Origin: Elusimicrobiota bacterium
Lineage (GTDB): Bacteria > Elusimicrobiota > Endomicrobiia > CG1-02-37-114 > JAHJSO01
DNA: 64,000 bases
Assembly (NCBI GenBank): GCA_043826435.1
Contig: JBDRQF010000044.1
Span: 1-64,000, forward strand
Direction: 5' to 3'
A program made the position numbers and the translations under genes. Shown here piece after piece: positions 9,854 to 19,459 of the stretch; the first letter of the stretch is position 1, and each line of letters starts with the position of its first letter. Under the pieces are notes generated by a model. That model saw only the letters and a program-made list of their open reading frames with translations. It did no database searches and had not been told where the DNA came from.

Positions 9854-12673
9854 ATGGACTGGAGACAAATGGACAGGATAGTTGCATCCGACATAACTCT
9901 GCGTAAAAAATTTCTGGATTTCTGGGCGCATTACGGCCACAACGTCGTCCCGTCCGACTCGCTTATACCGTCTTCAGACCCGACGATGCTGTTCACGTCG
10001 GCCGGCATGGTGCAGTTTAAAAAATATTTCACCGGCGAACTGAAAATGTCTCCGCCGAAGGCGGTATCCTGCCAGAAATGCCTCAGGACTTCCGACATAG
10101 AGAAAATAGGGCACACACCCCATCACCTGAGTTTTTTTGAAATGCTGGGCAACTTTTCATTCGGGGACTATTTCAAAAATGACGCAATAAACTGGGCTTG
10201 GGAATTCCTGACGAAAGACGCCTCCCTTCCGAAAGAAAAATTGTATGCAAGCGTATATAAAGAGGACGAAGAGGCATACGATATATGGAGAAAAATCCTT
10301 CCGGCAGACAGGATATACAAACTCTCCGAAGAAACGAATTTCTGGAACATGGGCACTACAGGGCCGTGCGGGCCGTGCTCTGAAATAATCTATGACATGG
10401 GTGCAGAGAAGGGATGCGGCAAAAAGGGGTGTTCGCCCTCCTGCACCTGCAACCGCTGGCTTGAGGTGTGGAACCTGGTCTTCACTCAGTATGACAGACA
10501 GGATGATGGCTCCCTTGTCCCCCTGCCGAATAAAAACATTGATACCGGTATGGGGATTGAACGGCTTATGATGGTCTGCGACGGCAAGGACAGCGTATTT
10601 GATACGTCTCTATTCCAACCGATAATAAAAGAGATTGAAAAACACTCAGATGGGGGGGGGAAGTCCCTGCAGGTTTCTGCGAAACCTAATCGCGGGGATG
10701 TATCCCTGCAGGTTTCATCAAAGAGAATAATATCCGACCATCTCAGGGCAATGACGTTTTTGATTGCAGACGGGGTCCTGCCTTCAAACGAGGGCAGGGG
10801 TTATATAGTGAGACGGCTCATCCGCAGGGGAACAAGGGAAATTAAAAGGGCGCAGGGAGTCGCCGCCGACAGGCCTCTCCTCTATAAACTCACCTCAAAG
10901 GTTATAGAAATGATGAAGGACGTTTACCCTGAATTATCCATCAGGAAAGAAAACGTAGCAACAATAATAAAAATGGAGGAGGAAAAATTCCTGGAAACCC
11001 TCGGTGTCGGGATGTCGCTTCTTGACGACATAATGGCTAAGGTAAAAAAAACTGGGGCAAAAAACGTCCCGGGAAACGACGTTTTTGTTTTATACGACAC
11101 GTACGGTTTCCCCCAGGATTTGACTGCAGAAATCCTCTCTGAGGCGGGTTTAACCTATGACCGCGACGGGTTTGACCGCCTGCAACTCTCTGCAAAAGAA
11201 ACGGCAAAAAAATCCTGGAAGGGGGTGGCTGTGACAAATACGTCCTTATACAAAAGCATCCCTGCCGTTAGTTTTATCGGCTATGAACATTTATCTTCAG
11301 AGAGTAAAATTACCGGCATAATCAAAAATGGCGTGATTTCGGAATCCATCGGCCGGGGCGAAGAGGGGGAAATTATACTTGACACGACCCCGTTTTACGC
11401 CGAGGCAGGCGGACAGGTGGGCGATACGGGCAGTATAACCTGCGGGCAGGAAACGGCAGCCAGCGCGGCTGAGTCAGGCCGAACGGACGGTACATTCCAC
11501 GCGGGTGGCGCGGCTGAAGTTCTTAACACGACAAAACCAACCGATACCGTGTCTGTCCATCATGTGAAAGTAACCGGCGGGGAGTTTAAGGTCGGGCAGA
11601 TTGTGATTGCCTCCGTTGATGTCGTCCGCAGAAAAAAAATAATGAGTCACCACACTGCGACGCACCTCCTCCACAAGGCGTTGAAGAGCGTATTAGGCGG
11701 ACAGGGAACGCAGTCCGGCTCACTGGTTGCGCCTGAGCGGTTCCGTTTTGATTTCGCTCACTTTAAAGCCCTGTCTGAAAGGGAAATGGAACGCATAGAA
11801 GATATGGTGAATGAAAAGATAATGGAATGTCACCCGGTGCGGACGGTCATAACGACGCTCAAACAGGCGAAGGAATGGAACGTGACCGCTCTCTTCGGCG
11901 AGAAATACAGCGAGTCGGTAAGATGCGTAATCATCGGCGATGCTCCGGTGCAGGGCTCGCAGGTCTCACCGGCAGCGGGGACACCGTCTACCTCGCTGGC
12001 AGCGGCTCCGGCGCCGGTAAGCATGGAATTGTGCGGGGGAACCCACTGCAAAAACACAGGTGAAATAGGTATGTTCAAAATTATATCGGAAACGTCCATC
12101 GGCAGCGGCCTCAGGAGGATTGAGGCGGTGTGCGGCATTGAGGCGATGGCATGGCTAAGGCAGAGTATTGAACTCCTGAACGCCGTCGCTGACAAACTTA
12201 AATCAACGCCGGCTGACTCTCCGTCCAAAATTGAAACTCTCATTAAAAAACAAAAAACGCTGGAAAAGGAAATAGAAAACACCCGCTCAACGTTGCATTC
12301 ATCAAAATCAAAAGAATCGGAATACAAAGTCGGAAAAGAAAAGGACAAAATACTGGCCGTACAATCATTCAGCGACGAACAAATCGCCGAAAAAAACTTG
12401 AGGGCCATTGCGGACCAAATGAAAGACAAAAGGAAGTCCGGCAGTATAATAATGGTTTCAAATGCAGTGCCGGACAAGGTATCGTTTGTAATTACTGCGA
12501 CGGAAGACCTGCTCGGCGAAGGAATTGATTCCGGCCGCCTGGCAAAAGAGTTCGCAAAATTAATACAGGGCTCAGGCGGGGGTAGGAAGGACTTCGCCCA
12601 GGGTGGCGGCAGGGACGTATCAAAATTTAAGCCGGCGCTGGAGAAACTGGCGGAATTGCTTGACAAAATGTAG
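9854..12673 (+). CDS. alaS: Alanine--tRNA ligase
   Basis: FTSAGMVQFK, FFEMLGNFSFGDYFK, IDTGMG, HTATHLLH, ELCGGTH, GGGRKDFAQGGG. Confidence 0.98.
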   Translation: MDWRQMDRIVASDITLRKKFLDFWAHYGHNVVPSDSLIPSSDPTMLFTSAGMVQFKKYFTGELKMSPPKAVSCQKCLRTSDIEKIGHTPHHLSFFEMLGNFSFGDYFKNDAINWAWEFLTKDASLPKEKLYASVYKEDEEAYDIWRKILPADRIYKLSEETNFWNMGTTGPCGPCSEIIYDMGAEKGCGKKGCSPSCTCNRWLEVWNLVFTQYDRQDDGSLVPLPNKNIDTGMGIERLMMVCDGKDSVFDTSLFQPIIKEIEKHSDGGGKSLQVSAKPNRGDVSLQVSSKRIISDHLRAMTFLIADGVLPSNEGRGYIVRRLIRRGTREIKRAQGVAADRPLLYKLTSKVIEMMKDVYPELSIRKENVATIIKMEEEKFLETLGVGMSLLDDIMAKVKKTGAKNVPGNDVFVLYDTYGFPQDLTAEILSEAGLTYDRDGFDRLQLSAKETAKKSWKGVAVTNTSLYKSIPAVSFIGYEHLSSESKITGIIKNGVISESIGRGEEGEIILDTTPFYAEAGGQVGDTGSITCGQETAASAAESGRTDGTFHAGGAAEVLNTTKPTDTVSVHHVKVTGGEFKVGQIVIASVDVVRRKKIMSHHTATHLLHKALKSVLGGQGTQSGSLVAPERFRFDFAHFKALSEREMERIEDMVNEKIMECHPVRTVITTLKQAKEWNVTALFGEKYSESVRCVIIGDAPVQGSQVSPAAGTPSTSLAAAPAPVSMELCGGTHCKNTGEIGMFKIISETSIGSGLRRIEAVCGIEAMAWLRQSIELLNAVADKLKSTPADSPSKIETLIKKQKTLEKEIENTRSTLHSSKSKESEYKVGKEKDKILAVQSFSDEQIAEKNLRAIADQMKDKRKSGSIIMVSNAVPDKVSFVITATEDLLGEGIDSGRLAKEFAKLIQGSGGGRKDFAQGGGRDVSKFKPALEKLAELLDKM

Positions 12674-12678
12674 GACAT

Positions 12679-12751
12679 GCGCCCATAGCTCAACTGGATA
12701 GAGCACAGGCCTCCGGAGCCTGTGGTATGGGTTCAACTCCCATTGGGCGTA
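12679..12751 (+). tRNA. tRNA-Arg(CCG)
   Basis: Acceptor GCGCCCA/TGGGCGT; anticodon arm CAGGC-CT CCG GA-GCCTG; GGTTCAA T-loop. Confidence 0.93.
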
Positions 12752-12763
12752 TTTGAAAAAAAG

Positions 12764-13228
12764 ATGAAATCACCACGGCTCGTAATTGCAGTAATCGGCG
12801 GCAGCGTATGCCCGAGTAAAAAGATTGCTGAAATCTCGTTCCAGACAGGGCAGGAGATAGCCCACCGAGGACACATCCTTGTGTGCGGCGGGATGGGCGG
12901 GGTAATGGAAGAGGCATGCAGGGGGGCAAAGTCCGCCGGGGGCATTACCGTCGGGATATTGCCCGGCAAAACCAATGCCAACGCAAATCCCTATGTTGAC
13001 GTGCCCGTTATAACCGCAATGAACCATGCCCGGAATGCAATAATAGTAAGGACTGCGGACGCAGTAATCGCCATTGACGGGCAGTACGGCACACTCTCGG
13101 AAATAGGACTGGCGAAGGTAATTGACAAACCTGTCATCGGCTTGAAAACATGGGATATAAAAGGGGTAATTCCCGTCTCAACCCCGCAGGAGGCAGTTGA
13201 CAGATGCGAGCAGTCGTGCAGCGGGTAA
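12764..13228 (+). CDS. LOG/SLOG-family (TIGR00725-like) protein
   Basis: VCGGMGGVMEEAC.GA, TVGILP, ARNAIIV, GTLSEI; start moved to 12764 because the track start lies inside the tRNA. Confidence 0.85.
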   Translation: MKSPRLVIAVIGGSVCPSKKIAEISFQTGQEIAHRGHILVCGGMGGVMEEACRGAKSAGGITVGILPGKTNANANPYVDVPVITAMNHARNAIIVRTADAVIAIDGQYGTLSEIGLAKVIDKPVIGLKTWDIKGVIPVSTPQEAVDRCEQSCSG

Positions 13229-13653
13229 AAAAGGCAGGCGTCTCGTTTGATTCAACCCAAAGGCAAATCGGTGCGGGGATAGCCGTTTTTGTAGGCGTCG
13301 GCAACACGGACAGTGACAGTGACGCCTCGTGGCTTTCGGACAAGATACTCAATCTGAGGATATTCCCCGACGAGAACGACAGGTTTGATAAATCAGTCAT
13401 GGACATAAGGGGTGATATTCTTGTCGTATCGCAATTCACTCTCTACGGAAATACGGACAAGGGCAGGCGGCCCGATTTCATTGAGGCGGCAAAACCAGAA
13501 CAGGCGCTACCCCTGTATGAAAAATTCGTGGAGAAATTAGTCGCATCGCGTCTCAAGGTACAGCCGGGAAAATTCCGGGCGAAAATGCTTGTTGAAATAC
13601 ATAACGATGGTCCTGTAACAATTCTGCTTGATTCAAAGACAAAAGAGAAATGA
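13204..13653 (+). CDS. dtd: D-aminoacyl-tRNA deacylase
   Basis: MRAVVQRV, VSQFTL, NDGPVT. Confidence 0.97.
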   Translation: MRAVVQRVKKAGVSFDSTQRQIGAGIAVFVGVGNTDSDSDASWLSDKILNLRIFPDENDRFDKSVMDIRGDILVVSQFTLYGNTDKGRRPDFIEAAKPEQALPLYEKFVEKLVASRLKVQPGKFRAKMLVEIHNDGPVTILLDSKTKEK

Positions 13654-13734
13654 GCATTTTAATCTGCAAGGGTGTGCTAATCCGTGCCTTTAAAATTCGC
13701 AAAAAAATGGTAAAATATAAGAGGTAGTGTCACA

Positions 13735-14187
13735 ATGAAAATGTTAGTCAGATTGCTTGTATTATTTGTACTGTTGGACATGGGGCTATGTTATGCTGTC
13801 GCACAGGTTGGGTTTGGCGTCGGGGTTGATTTCACACCCGGTGCGTATGACGAACGCCGACTGTCAAGGGAAGAAAAAAAGGAACCCCCGAAGAACCCTA
13901 TGGTTGAAAAAATTTCCGAAAGGTTCGGGCAAAAATCCGAAGAACTCCAGCGGCTCTGGCGCCGCGGCTACGGTTACGTGGAATTAATAAAAATTCTGCT
14001 CATTGTGAAGGAAGTCAACAAGGATCTGAACGAAATAGTAAAGCAGAGGGACAAGCGCGTCCGTCTTTCAAAGATTGCCGAAAGTTACGGGGTTGACTAT
14101 CACATGATTTACACGCTCTCATACGCCATCAGGTCAGAACTTGAAACTGAAAATAATACAACTTCGGGGAGTTCGGAGGACAGATGA
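13735..14187 (+). CDS. Hypothetical exported protein
   Basis: Signal-like N-terminus, helical body, overlaps the sppA start; family not recognised. Confidence 0.6.
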   Translation: MKMLVRLLVLFVLLDMGLCYAVAQVGFGVGVDFTPGAYDERRLSREEKKEPPKNPMVEKISERFGQKSEELQRLWRRGYGYVELIKILLIVKEVNKDLNEIVKQRDKRVRLSKIAESYGVDYHMIYTLSYAIRSELETENNTTSGSSEDR

Positions 14188-15122
14188 AGAAAACAATTAT
14201 AACCTATGCGATAGGGGCGTTATACCTGGCGTCCATTGTTTGTGCGGTACTCCTGCTATTTTCAAAAAAGACGACATCGCCTGAAAAAATCCTCCAGTCC
14301 AGGATTGTGCCCGTAGCCGGGGATGCCATCGCCGTTATCAACATCTCAGGGCCGATAAGGATGGGTTCCAGACCGAGGGCGTTCCTGTCCTATGATTCCG
14401 AAGCGATACTGCGCCGTCTCAGAAACACTTCGTCCCGCAAGGACGTAAAGGCGATAGTATTAAGGATAAACTCACCCGGTGGCAGCGTGGCGGCGGTCCA
14501 GGAGATATATTCCGAGGTTATGAAAATCAGGGCGGAAAAGAAAAAACCCGTCGTCGCTTCGTTTGGAGACGTCGCTGCAAGCGGCGGGTATTACATCGCA
14601 AGCGCCTGCGACAAAATAGTCGCTAACCCCGGCACAATAACCGGTTCAATAGGAGTCCTGCTTGAACTGGGCAACGTCCAGGAATTATTCAAAAAAATCG
14701 GGGTCAGAATGGAAACGATAAAATCAGGCAAGCACAAGGACACAGGTTCCATGTTCAGGGAGTTGTCCGTTGACGAAAGAAAGATGTTCCAGGAACTTGT
14801 CAACGAGGCGTTTAATCAATTTATTAACGACATTGTCCGCGGCAGGGGCATGCAGAGGGAAAAGGTTGAAGCCCTGGCGGACGGCAGGATATACACCGGC
14901 TCACAGGCGGTGCAAAACGGACTGGTTGACAAACTTGGCAACGACCAAACCGCCATTGAGACAGCAAAAGAACTGGCCGGTATTTCGGGTGAGCCGAGGA
15001 TTATAGGCGAATACGACGTGTGGGAACAATTCCTGCAGATTTTCAACCCGCCTAAATCCCTGTCGCCCATTGATGAACTTGTTTCAAAACAGAAACTCAG
15101 ATTTGAATATATGCTTGAATAG
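14184..15122 (+). CDS. sppA: Signal peptide peptidase SppA (S49, 36K type)
   Basis: LRINSPGGSV, AASGGYYIA, TITGSIGV, DGRIYTG.QA. Confidence 0.93.
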   Translation: MKKTIITYAIGALYLASIVCAVLLLFSKKTTSPEKILQSRIVPVAGDAIAVINISGPIRMGSRPRAFLSYDSEAILRRLRNTSSRKDVKAIVLRINSPGGSVAAVQEIYSEVMKIRAEKKKPVVASFGDVAASGGYYIASACDKIVANPGTITGSIGVLLELGNVQELFKKIGVRMETIKSGKHKDTGSMFRELSVDERKMFQELVNEAFNQFINDIVRGRGMQREKVEALADGRIYTGSQAVQNGLVDKLGNDQTAIETAKELAGISGEPRIIGEYDVWEQFLQIFNPPKSLSPIDELVSKQKLRFEYMLE

Positions 15123-15209
15123 ACGCAGATGCCCTGCGCCGGCCCTTGCCGGACATAATCGGACTGCGCCCGGTGATTACCGGGCAGGAGAAGCAGGAGA
15201 ATTTTTCAG

Positions 15210-15788
15210 ATGAACGCATACGTTGATTTTATACTGGGTTTTTTATTGTCACCCCGCGATGAAATTGAGAAGGTCAAAAACAATAATCTCGCAGTGCCCG
15301 CTTTTATAAACCTGCTGATTATTGTTATTGCGATCTCTATCAGCGGGCAGATCCTCTATCCATACGGCGGCGTAAAATCAATCGTACTCCTTGTCCTGAA
15401 CACCACGCTGAATGCGGCTCTCATCCTTTCTTTTATATTCATTGCGTCGGGATGGTATCACTTTATCTCTGCTTTATTTGGAAAACACGGTGAAATAAAA
15501 AACACGATAACTCTTATGGCATTATCCCTGTCCCCTCTTTTGCTTTCACTGCCGTCCCTCATAATCCTTTTAAAACTTACGGGTAACCCCGTCATGTTCT
15601 ATTCTGTTATTATGTTCTTAATTTTTATCTGGATATTTTCACTGTCGTTTATTTCCATCCGTCTCAATTACGGCCTCTCTGCAAGAGAAACAGCCGTCGT
15701 GCTTTTTTCTCCGGTTATTTTTATACCTTTGTTTTTTGTAATAATCACCATTTCTCTCGTAATATTTGCTTACGCAATATTTACTTAG
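15210..15788 (+). CDS. Yip1-like multi-pass membrane protein
   Basis: About five hydrophobic helices; N-terminal LLSPR motif. Confidence 0.55.
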   Translation: MNAYVDFILGFLLSPRDEIEKVKNNNLAVPAFINLLIIVIAISISGQILYPYGGVKSIVLLVLNTTLNAALILSFIFIASGWYHFISALFGKHGEIKNTITLMALSLSPLLLSLPSLIILLKLTGNPVMFYSVIMFLIFIWIFSLSFISIRLNYGLSARETAVVLFSPVIFIPLFFVIITISLVIFAYAIFT

Positions 15789-15797
15789 GAGTCAATA

Positions 15798-16613
15798 ATG
15801 GATTTAACGATGCCGAAAAAAAATTTTCGTCCCTTGCTGCATTCCTCCGTCCTTTCATGCTTTGTATTATGCTGGGGAACGGGCGCTGGTATCCTGTATG
15901 CCCAGAACCATTCTCAAAACCAGAAATTAAGGGCGGGTGAATCAAACATTATTTCCCCGAAACAGGAAAAATCGGAGGCACCAAAAATGGCTAATACAAT
16001 AAAACTTCCCGAACCCGTATATAAAAGCAGCATATCAGTAGAAGAAGCGATTCTTAAAAGACGCTCTGTCCGGGATTTTTCAAATAAAAAACTGCCGATT
16101 GAACTTATTTCTCAACTTTTATGGTCCGCCCAGGGGATTACTGATAAAACAAACAAATTCAGGGCAGCGCCCTCTGCGGGGGCTCTCTATCCAATGGAAC
16201 TCTATATAGTTTCGCCGGATGGCATCTTCCACTATATTCCCGATGGCCACAGGATACAAAAATTGCAGGGTGATGACCTGCGGCAGGACCTTGCAAACGC
16301 CTGCTGGGGTCAAAACTTTGTCGCTGTTGCAGGAATCAGTATAATAATTGCTGCTGACTACGGCAGAACTACATGGCGATACGGCAACAAGGGAATTCGC
16401 TATGTGGACATAGAGGCGGGACACATCGCACAAAACATACATCTCCAGTCAGTCGCATTGAATCTTGGCTCTGTGCCGGTCGGTGCATTCAATGACAAGG
16501 CAGTAAAATCACTTCTTAAACTACCAGCCGCCCAGCAACCCATTTATGTAATACCCGTCGGCTATCCTGTCCGGGAAACACTCCTACCGGAAACCCCTGA
16601 AAACGAAAAATAA
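15798..16613 (+). CDS. SagB/ThcOx-family nitroreductase
   Basis: RRSVRDF, SQLLWSAQG, RAAPSAGALYP, EAGHIAQN; alternative start ATG 15987 follows a GGAGG. Confidence 0.88.
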   Translation: MDLTMPKKNFRPLLHSSVLSCFVLCWGTGAGILYAQNHSQNQKLRAGESNIISPKQEKSEAPKMANTIKLPEPVYKSSISVEEAILKRRSVRDFSNKKLPIELISQLLWSAQGITDKTNKFRAAPSAGALYPMELYIVSPDGIFHYIPDGHRIQKLQGDDLRQDLANACWGQNFVAVAGISIIIAADYGRTTWRYGNKGIRYVDIEAGHIAQNIHLQSVALNLGSVPVGAFNDKAVKSLLKLPAAQQPIYVIPVGYPVRETLLPETPENEK

Positions 16614-16625
16614 ATCAGAAAGAGG

Positions 16626-16650
16626 GGGGAATTTCCTTGTCAAATTCCCC
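16626..16650 (+). terminator. Hairpin downstream of nitroreductase (possible terminator)
   Basis: GGGGAATTT-CCTTGTC-AAATTCCCC; no U-tract. Confidence 0.35.
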
Positions 16651-16697
16651 GCCCAGCACTACCATAAATTTAACTATTTGCCAATATTTGCCAAACA

Positions 16698-16900
16698 AGG
16701 TACCGGAGTATTTCGGTGTAAACTTGTGGTTACAGGGTGTTCCGGCATAAATTCCCAGGTGCTTTGTGATATCCTTGGTTAAATCTCAGTATACATGGTA
16801 TCCTGGCATGAACCTCCGGATACGGGGTATTTTAGCCCTTCCGGGCATAGTATGTTCCGGCAGTAAACTTGCGTGCACCGAGTATTCCGGTGCGAACAGA
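16698..16900. repeat. Degenerate tandem repeat, period ~29 bp, ~7 copies
   Basis: Core GTATTCCGG(y)(r)(t)AAAC-like at 16708, 16737, 16769, 16798, 16827, 16852, 16882. Confidence 0.6.
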
Positions 16901-17073
16901 GTACGCTGGGATGTCATTCCGAACTATGCCCTGCCCTAAAATCATATTATTCCATGCCCTGAAACCAGTCCGGCTTGCACCATACCTTCACAATGTCAGG
17001 GTTCCGGGCTTGATTCGGAACCTCAGTAAAATCAATACCATTGATTTGCCCATAATTATTTCTCTCGGTCATT

Positions 17074-17101
17074 AGTTCCGATAAGGGATATTATGTTAAT
17101 C
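17074..17101 (+). other. dif: dif-like XerC/XerD recombination site
   Basis: AGTTCCGATAA-GGGATA-TTATGTTAATC: 11-6-11 layout with the inner ATAA/TTAT palindrome; right arm matches the E. coli XerD arm TTATGTTAAAT at 9 of 11; lies in a long non-coding gap. Confidence 0.85.
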
Positions 17102-17365
17102 TAATAGCATTACCACTGCGGTATAACTATACGTATAAACTACTTTAATTATATATCCGAAATAGCAGTAAAATCATATATAATTTATGTATATCTGATG
17201 TATTACTTCAAATATTCAAAGTTAGCAGTCTCAATTTTTTGCTTTTTTAGCCGGATTTTCGGCCTGGCGGGATGTACGCGTTTGCAAACGGCGGGTTTCG
17301 GAAAAATCTCATCTCAAATTAAAAAACGGCCAAAAGATACCGGGGCATAGCCGCTCGGGTTTTTG

Positions 17366-17832
17366 CCTTTCCAAAAAGACCTTAAAAGGGCTTATATTTA
17401 AATAACCCTGCTACCCCTTAAAAAATGCCCACTGAATTGCCTTCCCCAAAAAACCGTTAGAACCATAGGTACCTGATGCACCTGGTGAGGCATCAAAAAC
17501 TCTCATTCCCTAAAAAACCATGAAACCCTATGGGACGCGGCGCCCCTTGCCGGGAACACCGGAAACATTTGGAAGCGTAAGGACAGGGTACTCCGGAAAA
17601 GACCATGAAAACCCAAAAATGCGGAATTAGCGCTCGGGGGCAGGGATATCATTAAAATACGACAAAAAGACGCACCTCAAAAAAACCATGAAAACAGCAG
17701 GGGTCTGACAACCGGCTGATGTTACAAAAACCGCATGCTTCCGAAAAGACCACCAAAACCATGGGACAAGTGACCGCCACATGACGCAACAAAATTAGGC
17801 ACTCCCAAAAAGACAATGAAGACCCAAAAATG
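17366..17832 (+). repeat. Array of seven ~25-bp direct repeats with variable spacers
   Basis: Consensus ~yTCCnAAAA(A/G)ACCATGAAAACC; anchors at 17379, 17453, 17517, 17602, 17685, 17749, 17813. Confidence 0.75.
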
Positions 17833-17848
17833 TTGTCGGGAAGGGCTA

Positions 17849-19459
17849 TTACGCCGTAGTTTTTCTGAATATCTTTATTGTTTCCAGCAGGAGAACAAAG
17901 GAAAGGACCAGCAAAACGGCCGCCGTAATACCGACAACATTAAATCCGTACTGAACAACCAGTAAAACGACCGCCCACGAGGTAACAATAAGCATAAAGA
18001 CAGCGGGGATGGCGACAAAAAAAATATTTTTCCCCCTCCTCTTGAGCCAGACGGAAATTGACAGTAGCGCCAGTGCTGCCAGGAGTTGGTTAGTGGCCCC
18101 GAAGACCGGCCAGATAATTTTCCAGGAAGGGACCGGATTGCCGCCTGCGTCGCTCATCGGCAAAAAAATAAACAACGACGGTAAAATAAGCGTAATTGCA
18201 GTCGCCATATACCTGTGTCTGGGTTCTTTCAAATCCAGAAACTCCTGCAATATGTACCTTGATATACGGGTGGCAGTGTCAAGCGTAGTGAGCATGAAAG
18301 TTGAAATAGTCAGCATACCGAAGGATATACACAACTCCCTGTTTAATCCCAACATGGAACCGAATTGCCCGAGTCCGTTCGCATATATAGACAACGGCGA
18401 TTTGCTTGTTAAATCAGGCCTCTTCGTGAGAAGCATTACGGTGGAAAGAGCTATTACCGCAACTACCCCCTCCAGCAGCATCCCGCCGTATGCGACCGGT
18501 TTTGCGTCGGTCTCATAGCACAACTGCTTCGCCGTAGTTCCGCTCGCCACAAGCGAGTGGAACCCGCTTACGGCGCCACAGGCGACCATCACAAAAAGCA
18601 TCGGGAATATTCCGCCGGCACCTTCGCTGTGCCATGCAATAAATGCAGGAAATTCTATTGTCTGCGTGTTAGATCCCATGAGTATCCCCGACACCCCTAC
18701 TATTACCGAGATGTAAAGCAGGAACGAACTTAGATAGTCCCGGGGCTGGAGGAGCATCCAGACGGGCAATACGGAGGCGACAAAACAGTACGCAAGTAAT
18801 ACCGCTCTCCATATTGTCGCACCGTTGACAAATACCAGCGGGTATTTCTGGCCGGCGAATATCCCGGCAAAAATCATCAGGACGAATGCCGCCGTTAAAA
18901 CCCCCAGTTTTATCTTCAGCCTGTACAAACATAAACCGAATGCAACTGCCAGAAATATGTAAATTACCGACGATGAGGCGACACCCCCGTTCATTGTGAA
19001 CGTGTTTACCGTAAGGTCAATGAATACAGTCAACACGTATATCAGCGCCAGCCAGGTAAACGCCAGGAACAGTTTGTATGCCCTGCCCGAGATGTATTCT
19101 TTCGCCAGTTCGGATATGGACTTCGCTTTGTGTTTTATTGATGCCACCAGGCTCGCAAAGTCGTGTACACCGCCGATAAAAACGCTCCCGATGAGAATCC
19201 ACAGCAGTGCGGGCAGCCAGCCAAAAATAAGCGCGGCTGCAATCGGCCCTACTATGGGGCCTGCACCCGCTATTGACGAGAAATGGTGTCCGAAAAGAAC
19301 GAACTTGTTGGCGGGGCAGTAATCAATACCGTCATTCATCGTATGCGCAGGGGTTTTGTTTCCGCGTGATACGTCAAGTTTTTTCTCAAGGTACCTCCCG
19401 TAAAAAATATACCCCGAAATAAAAAAGAGAATGGATATTATCAGAATGTATGCTATCAT
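17849..19459 (-). CDS. cstA: Carbon starvation protein A family peptide/pyruvate transporter
   Basis: TPAH...DG.DY.P, FGHHFSSIAGAGPIVGP, ACGAVSGFH, WPVFGATNQLLA. Confidence 0.95.
   Translation of the reverse strand: MIAYILIISILFFISGYIFYGRYLEKKLDVSRGNKTPAHTMNDGIDYCPANKFVLFGHHFSSIAGAGPIVGPIAAALIFGWLPALLWILIGSVFIGGVHDFASLVASIKHKAKSISELAKEYISGRAYKLFLAFTWLALIYVLTVFIDLTVNTFTMNGGVASSSVIYIFLAVAFGLCLYRLKIKLGVLTAAFVLMIFAGIFAGQKYPLVFVNGATIWRAVLLAYCFVASVLPVWMLLQPRDYLSSFLLYISVIVGVSGILMGSNTQTIEFPAFIAWHSEGAGGIFPMLFVMVACGAVSGFHSLVASGTTAKQLCYETDAKPVAYGGMLLEGVVAVIALSTVMLLTKRPDLTSKSPLSIYANGLGQFGSMLGLNRELCISFGMLTISTFMLTTLDTATRISRYILQEFLDLKEPRHRYMATAITLILPSLFIFLPMSDAGGNPVPSWKIIWPVFGATNQLLAALALLSISVWLKRRGKNIFFVAIPAVFMLIVTSWAVVLLVVQYGFNVVGITAAVLLVLSFVLLLETIKIFRKTTA

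Noticed and set aside
10652..10660. G9 tract as a phase-variation switch
   Set aside because: It lies in essential alaS within an insertion loop; a frameshift would be lethal.
11830..12693. Long antisense ORFs (e.g. 287 aa opposite alaS, 227 aa at 29009-29692, 211 aa at 48436-49071)
   Set aside because: Shadow frames of well-supported genes with no motifs.
12722..12763. N-terminal ORF extensions into tRNAs (also 44833-44898 and the 46993-47211 ORF)
   Set aside because: They overlap clear tRNA genes; downstream ATGs fit better or the ORF is spurious.
16869..17075. 68-aa ORF next to dif
   Set aside because: TTG start, no RBS, overlaps the repeat array, no recognisable motif.
16929..17645. 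KOPS-like GGGCAGGG on either side of dif (16929 minus, 17638 plus)
   Set aside because: Only two sites, both pointing away from dif, opposite to E. coli KOPS polarity; needs genome-wide statistics.
17366..17832. CRISPR array
   Set aside because: Repeats are too degenerate and non-palindromic, the period jumps between 64 and 85 bp, spacers resemble each other, and there are no cas genes in the window.
16614..17848. Chromosomal oriC
   Set aside because: AT-rich core present, but I found no good TTATCCACA DnaA boxes and no dnaA/dnaN/gidA context; the dif match points to the terminus.
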